Made by a program: the position numbers and the translations under genes
The notes under the pieces: model-generated
Told to the model about the DNA's origin: nothing
The model's database searches: none
Seen by the model: the letters and a program-made list of their open reading frames with translations, nothing else
NCBI RefSeq assembly: GCF_001194135.2
Contig: NC_068981.1
Location: 32,280,733 to 32,321,445, forward strand
DNA: 40,713 nucleotides
Reading direction: 5' to 3'
Origin: Octopus bimaculoides
Lineage: Eukaryota
Part shown: positions 35,091 to 40,713 of the stretch, one piece after another
Layout: every line of letters begins with the position of its first letter
Numbering within the stretch: position 1 is the stretch's first letter

Positions 35091-35825
35091 TGCCCAGTAT
35101 AAACAAATAAAGCTTGATTTTTCCTCTAAATTAATAAAGTAATTTCTTTGATACTTGAGCGGGAATTTAGCATCTAAATAATCAAATTCGGCGCATTGGT
35201 ATCTAACTCCTTTATTTGTGCCGTTAATGCTTTGAATAAGTGACATAAGTTGAGATTCTGCACCGTTGTGTGGGTCCATTTGTCTAAGTGCCATAACCAA
35301 ATAGGTTCACGTTTATTTTCAGATTCCTAAAACGCTGAGAATGAAGCTGCAGTAAGAACAGCTACAACGAACTTTGATATTCGTATACACAGCAAATGTT
35401 CAAACTATTCCACAGCAAGTAAACAGCTTGCAATCAAATTAACAAGAAATTAACTGCAAACCTGAGCCTGTGCATAAGAAGACAATATCGTTAAAGAATT
35501 ATTTCTGTTAATAACATTTTAAGATTTTCTCATAATTTCTTCTGAAGCACGTGGTGTATGTTAAAGCAATATTGAGATCACAAACGGTGATTTTGCAAAT
35601 TAAACTTTCTTGTTGGCAGTATTTTTTCTTTTTTTTTTTGCAACTTTTTCGCTTAAATTGCCAAGACAAATTTCCTATTTTTCTTGTTTAGTTCTTTCTT
35701 GCACTGCATTATTTATTTAGTTATTTGTTTGTTTGTTAATTGTTGTTTCTTATTTTTGATGTTGAATTCATCATAGAGCTCTGACTTGCCTCGTTGCTGC
35801 TTGTTATTGTCATCATCGACAATAT

Positions 35826-35843
35826 CATCGCTATCGTCATCAA

Positions 35844-35895
<52 letters not shown>
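35826..35895. repeat. (CAT)n microsatellite
   Basis: Direct reading. Confidence 0.95.
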
Positions 35896-35924
35896 GTAAA
35901 AGATTATTATTTTGTTAATAGTGA

Positions 35925-36112
35925 TATTTATTTTGGCACAAGGCCAGAGAGTTTAGGGGACTCCAGTACTCAGCTGGTATTTGGTTTATTGACCCCAGAA
36001 AGATGAAGGCACTGTCAACTTCAGTGGAATTTGAACTCAGAAAGTAAAGACGGTCGGAATGCTGCGAAGCATTTTGTCCGACGTGTTAACGGTTCTGCCA
36101 GCTCGTCATCTT
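35925..36112 (-). mobile_element. SINE family A (alternative 3' end)
   Basis: Reverse complement AAGATGACGAGCTGGCAGAACCGTTAACACG...GAGTTCAAATTCC...GGCCTTGTGCCAAAAT. Confidence 0.85.
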
Positions 36113-36784
36113 AAGACCCTCTATGAAGAAATGGCGGACAGTGCTCCAGCTCCAAACACAAGAGGTACTCGTGAAAACCAAAGCCATCCCCATTAGAAGA
36201 GGAATATTCCAGGGAAACACGCTCTCTCCACTCCTGTTCTGCTTAGCACTGACACCTTTATCTGAATTGCTAAATAGAACTGGATGCAGATACAAATGTT
36301 ACGGCAAGACAATCAGCCACCTTTTGTATATGGATGACCTAAACCTATACGCTAGAAATGATAAAGAGCTGGAAACAATACTACAGACAGTACATGGATT
36401 TACCAAGGAAATAGATATGAAATTCGGATTAGAAAAATGTGCCAAAGCAACCCTGAAAAGAGGAAAACTAGTTAAGAGTAGCAGCATCACACTAGATAAA
36501 GCCAATGAAATAGGAGAATTAGACGATAGCCAGTCATACAAATATTTAGGAATCAATGAACTAGATAGGATGCAACACACACAAATGAAAGAAAAAATAA
36601 AGAAAGAAAAATAAACTATAGACGAGTTAGATCAATACTAAAAACAGAGCTTAATGCTAAAACAAGATAATATGTATTAACACATTAGCCGTCCCAGTTA
36701 TAAGTTACAGCTGCAATATCCTTAACTGGACACTAGACGAACTAACGAAAAGGAAGGTGACAAATACAAGCAAGAAATCATACT
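36111..36784 (+). mobile_element. R4/Dong-like LINE reverse transcriptase relic, 5'-truncated
   Basis: MKKWRT...IRRGIFQGNTLSPLLFCLAL...ISHLLYMDDLNLYA...MKFGLEKCA...SYKYLGI, then after frameshifts YRRVRSILKTELNAKNKIICINTLAVPVISYS..LNWT. YMDD catalytic motif is intact. Confidence 0.93.
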
Positions 36785-37445
36785 NNNNNNNNNNNNNNNN
36801 NNNNNNNNNNNNNNNNNNNNNNNNNNNNNNNNNNNNNNNNNNNNNNNNNNNNNNNNNNNNNNNNNNNNNNNNNNNNNNNNNNNNNNNNNNNNNNNNNNNN
36901 NNNNNNNNNNNNNNNNNNNNNNNNNNNNNNNNNNNNNNNNNNNNNNNNNNNNNNNNNNNNNNNNNNNNNNNNNNNNNNNNNNNNNNNNNNNNNNNNNNNN
37001 NNNNNNNNNNNNNNNNNNNNNNNNNNNNNNNNNNNNNNNNNNNNNNNNNNNNNNNNNNNNNNNNNNNNNNNNNNNNNNNNNNNNNNNNNNNNNNNNNNNN
37101 NNNNNNNNNNNNNNNNNNNNNNNNNNNNNNNNNNNNNNNNNNNNNNNNNNNNNNNNNNNNNNNNNNNNNNNNNNNNNNNNNNNNNNNNNNNNNNNNNNNN
37201 NNNNNNNNNNNNNNNNNNNNNNNNNNNNNNNNNNNNNNNNNNNNNNNNNNNNNNNNNNNNNNNNNNNNNNNNNNNNNNNNNNNNNNNNNNNNNNNNNNNN
37301 NNNNNNNNNNNNNNNNNNNNNNNNNNNNNNNNNNNNNNNNNNNNNNNNNNNNNNNNNNNNNNNNNNNNNNNNNNNNNNNNNNNNNNNNNNNNNNNNNNNN
37401 NNNNNNNNNNNNNNNNNNNNNNNNNNNNNNNNNNNNNNNNNNNNN

Positions 37446-37495
<50 letters not shown>
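37446..37495. repeat. (AAT)n array at a gap edge, inside the LINE relic
   Basis: Direct reading. Confidence 0.95.
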
Positions 37496-37496
<1 letters not shown>

Positions 37497-37765
37497 GCTC
37501 AGGGAGATCGAGGCTTGATCCAGCTTGAACTTACGTACAAAACCACCACAATCAGACTGGCCAAATACCTTGAAACAACAACCGATTGGATGCTGAAACT
37601 TGTTGAAAAACATGAAAGACCGAAAATACTTCACTCTATTCTGAAAGAGAGCAAAACATTTGCTACTGATCTCTTAGATACCCACCAGCTTGATCAGGAT
37701 GAAGGAAATGCGCCAACTGCTGCTGCAAAGAAAATAAAATTAATTGCAAAGACGCCTTTTTATAA
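37496..37765 (+). mobile_element. R4/Dong-like LINE post-RT region, likely the continuation of 36111-36784
   Basis: AQGDRGLIQLELTYKTTTIRLAKYLETTTDWMLKLVEKHE...LHSILKESK shows the GGRGL motif region that follows the thumb. Confidence 0.8.
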
Positions 37766-38156
37766 AGTTTAGATTTTAATATTTTTAATTTCTAATTAAT
37801 CTTTTAACATTAAATTTTATTGTTATCCTCATTATTATATTTGCATATATACGCATCTTTTTTATAAATTTGAAAGTTTTCATATTTTTAATTTTTAGAT
37901 AATTTTAAAAATCATATCATATATATATGTATGTCATTTTTTTACCAAATAAACAAACGCACTCGTTTATTCCTTTTTTTAACTCATGTCCATTGTCCGA
38001 AAATCTTTTTGTCACACATCTGTGACCTCTTCGGCAATATTTTCCGTCCTCGTATGTGCTCCTACTCCGCTAATTCCTCATGTGTGCACCTGTTCCACTT
38101 AATCCTAGTGTGTGCACCTTCTCTGCTTAGTCCATAGGCATATATATATATATGTA

Positions 38157-38195
<39 letters not shown>

Positions 38196-38559
38196 TTATG
38201 CATACATGCACACGCACACACATATATAAATGTGGGGGGGTCTGTGTGTGTATGTATATATGTATGTATGTATGAGTTGTTCCCCCAGTTTTTTTTTTTT
38301 TGTCAGCATCTTCTAGTGTATCTATTACGACGAGTATGTGGTTCTCATATTGGATGCTTATGATGTATCATTTCGTACTTTTTTCAATTGTAACCATCGA
38401 TCCCTAAAATAAAATTTACTGAATTTTTCATATGTACAGTAAAAAGTTACTTCTGTTCCAAAGCAATTAATTAGTTTTCGTTATATTAACCGCTCCCATT
38501 ATTGGTTTAATTATTTCTACGTTTGCATACATAATATGATGTAGTTTCTTTTGTTTCTG

Positions 38560-38967
38560 CTATCTGAGCTTTGGTGAACAGCCTTTCTACACCAAAGTGG
38601 AGATGTTGCCTACTCCGGATGAACGTGTACCGTAGATTCTCGGTATGGACTTTTAATAAGTTTATGTAATTGATTACTTATCTTGTGTTTTGGTGTAGTT
38701 ATTGGTGATTTGAATCTAAAAGGGTTGTTTAGGACTACCTTATATTTCTGGACTTTTTGTTTTATCAATGTCAATTTTAATATCATATTCATATGTCCTT
38801 ATGATTATACATATCTTTCCTGTCTTTTATTCCATATTATCACTGTCCTATTTTTCTATCATGCATAGTGCGCTTAAGTTTAGAGGTGGGAGCTTTTTGT
38901 TGCGTAGATATCTATTTTCATTACGCTTGCCTTGGTGTAAATCTGGAAGTTTATCGTCAATGTTCTC

Positions 38968-38970
<3 letters not shown>
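38560..38970 (-). mobile_element. Possible decayed LINE ORF2 relic
   Basis: PENIDDKLPDLHQGKRNENRYLRNKKLPPLNLSALCMIEK*...RIYGTRSSGVGNISTLV; weak resemblance only. Confidence 0.25.
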
Positions 38971-39014
<44 letters not shown>

Positions 39015-39335
39015 NNNNNNNNNNNNNNNNNNNNNNNNNNNNNNNNNNNNNNNNNNNNNNNNNNNNNNNNNNNNNNNNNNNNNNNNNNNNNNNNNNNNNN
39101 NNNNNNNNNNNNNNNNNNNNNNNNNNNNNNNNNNNNNNNNNNNNNNNNNNNNNNNNNNNNNNNNNNNNNNNNNNNNNNNNNNNNNNNNNNNNNNNNATTT
39201 TTATAGAAATCACGATAATTTCCATCGGTTCATCATGAACTGCAGAAGTAACATTTGAAACACACTATGTCATACAAGAGAAAACAAAATGAAAAGGAGG
39301 CATGAACATTAGAGAGCAACACATCCTATACTCTG

Positions 39336-39553
39336 AATAATCCTTTCTATTGGAAGCACAAGGCCTCAGATTTATGGGGAGTTGACTAGTCGATTACATC
39401 GACCCCAGTGCGTAACTGGTACTTAATTTATCGACCCCGGAAGGATGAAAGGCAAAATCGACCTCGGCGGAATTTGAACTCAGAACGTAACGACAGACGA
39501 AATACCGCTAAGCATTTCGCCCGGCGAGCTAACGATTCTGCCAGCTCACCACC
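39336..39553 (-). mobile_element. SINE family A, best-preserved copy
   Basis: Reverse complement GGTGGTGAGCTGGCAGAATCGTTAGC...GAGTTCAAATTCCGCCGAGG...GGCCTTGTGC..TAGAAAGGATTATT, with intact Pol III A- and B-box-like motifs. Confidence 0.95.
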
Positions 39554-40713
39554 ATATCAATACTCTAAGTAATGCTATACGATTACTAATGGAAACTTTG
39601 CATATAAAGCAACACAAATTTAAAATATACTCACAAACAATCAACACCTGAATCATGTCGTTATATTTAACGAACATATTCTCAATAGTTTGTGTTAACG
39701 GCAGCAACAATCAAATTGTCATTGCCTTCTATAAACAGGCAGTAATACGTTTCAATATCACTTCATCTGGAAGACGAAATATGCATGCTTAGAAACGATA
39801 GTGAAGAATTTTAGAAAGAAATTAAAGCTATAATGGTAAATAACAAATGTAAGTAAAAGAGGATATAATTTAGAATAATGAAAACCATTTCTCAAGTTAT
39901 ATAGCATGTTTGGGAAAACGACAATCAGATCACTGCTCAAAAGTACGGGACAAATGTAAGCAAATGTTTCAAGTCTTTGATCTCATAAGAATACTATCAC
40001 ATTCAGAAAACTCCTGATGAAAGGATAGGCTTTTACATACTGTTTCGAATTTATATGGGTTATAGTATCCTGCATGATTAGAAATATAAATAATAGAGGG
40101 CGAACTCAAATAGACTAACAGCATGAATGTGAATATCTAAAAGATAGCGAACTGAATGTCAACTGGAATATACTTTTAATTGATTGAAATTTTCCAATAA
40201 TTTGGAGGAAGAAAATGCTATGAGAAAGGCCCTCTTCATCACACTTTAACAAAATTAAGTTTATGGGCGGTACTGCGAAGTGAATTGCGAGATTTGCCGC
40301 TCATATATACACACACTAAAGACCGAAAACGTACGACGAAAGCCGAAATATGACGAGCTTTATTACATACAATTCATAACATACACGACAATATTACATG
40401 GGTATTTAAATTGCCGAAATCAACTTTAAAATGATAACTTTAAATTAATTTACAGAAATAAAATGCTATATTAATCATATAGATAAATATCTCGTAATTA
40501 TAACGAAAGTGCATTTTTGAGAAAGCAATTAGCATAAGGGTGCAGTAAGTGTGAAAAGAATCAGTGTTAAAGAGATAATGTATATAATGATATATTAAGT
40601 ACAACTAATACGAAGAGACATTCAAAATATAATCAAATCACATATTGAAATAAATTACATATATAATAGATTTTACAATTTTATATATGTATACATACAT
40701 ATATATATATATA

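Noticed and set aside
1-40713. CRISPR array, prokaryotic operon or defence system
   Set aside because: No regularly spaced repeat-spacer array and no dense gene structure; the sequence is eukaryotic repeat-rich DNA.

Overview
AT-rich eukaryotic genomic DNA from a gapped short-read assembly, with many N-runs flanked by microsatellites. The SINE families and microsatellite load point to an octopus (coleoid cephalopod); this is recognition from memory, not a database hit. No intact, recognisable protein-coding gene, tRNA gene, CRISPR array or prokaryotic system is visible. Nearly all long ORFs in the supplied track are microsatellite or N artefacts. The window is mainly a transposon graveyard. 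It holds three distinct decayed mariner elements (one full-length with both TIRs and a D,D34D triad) and at least six fragments of R4/Dong-like (RLE-type) LINEs, several with (AAT)n tails. It also holds an RTE LINE relic, probable L1/Tx1-like relics, two Penelope-like pieces (a GIY-YIG C-terminus and a terminal repeat carrying a degenerate minimal hammerhead ribozyme), a Helitron-type 3' end, many copies of two SINE families and a deleted 5S rRNA pseudocopy. Several short segments with strong splice signals could be exons of an unidentified minus-strand host gene. One of them is a 57-nt exon-like segment with a stop in every frame, where a single TGA interrupts the phase-compatible frame. All gene models are tentative and were read by eye.
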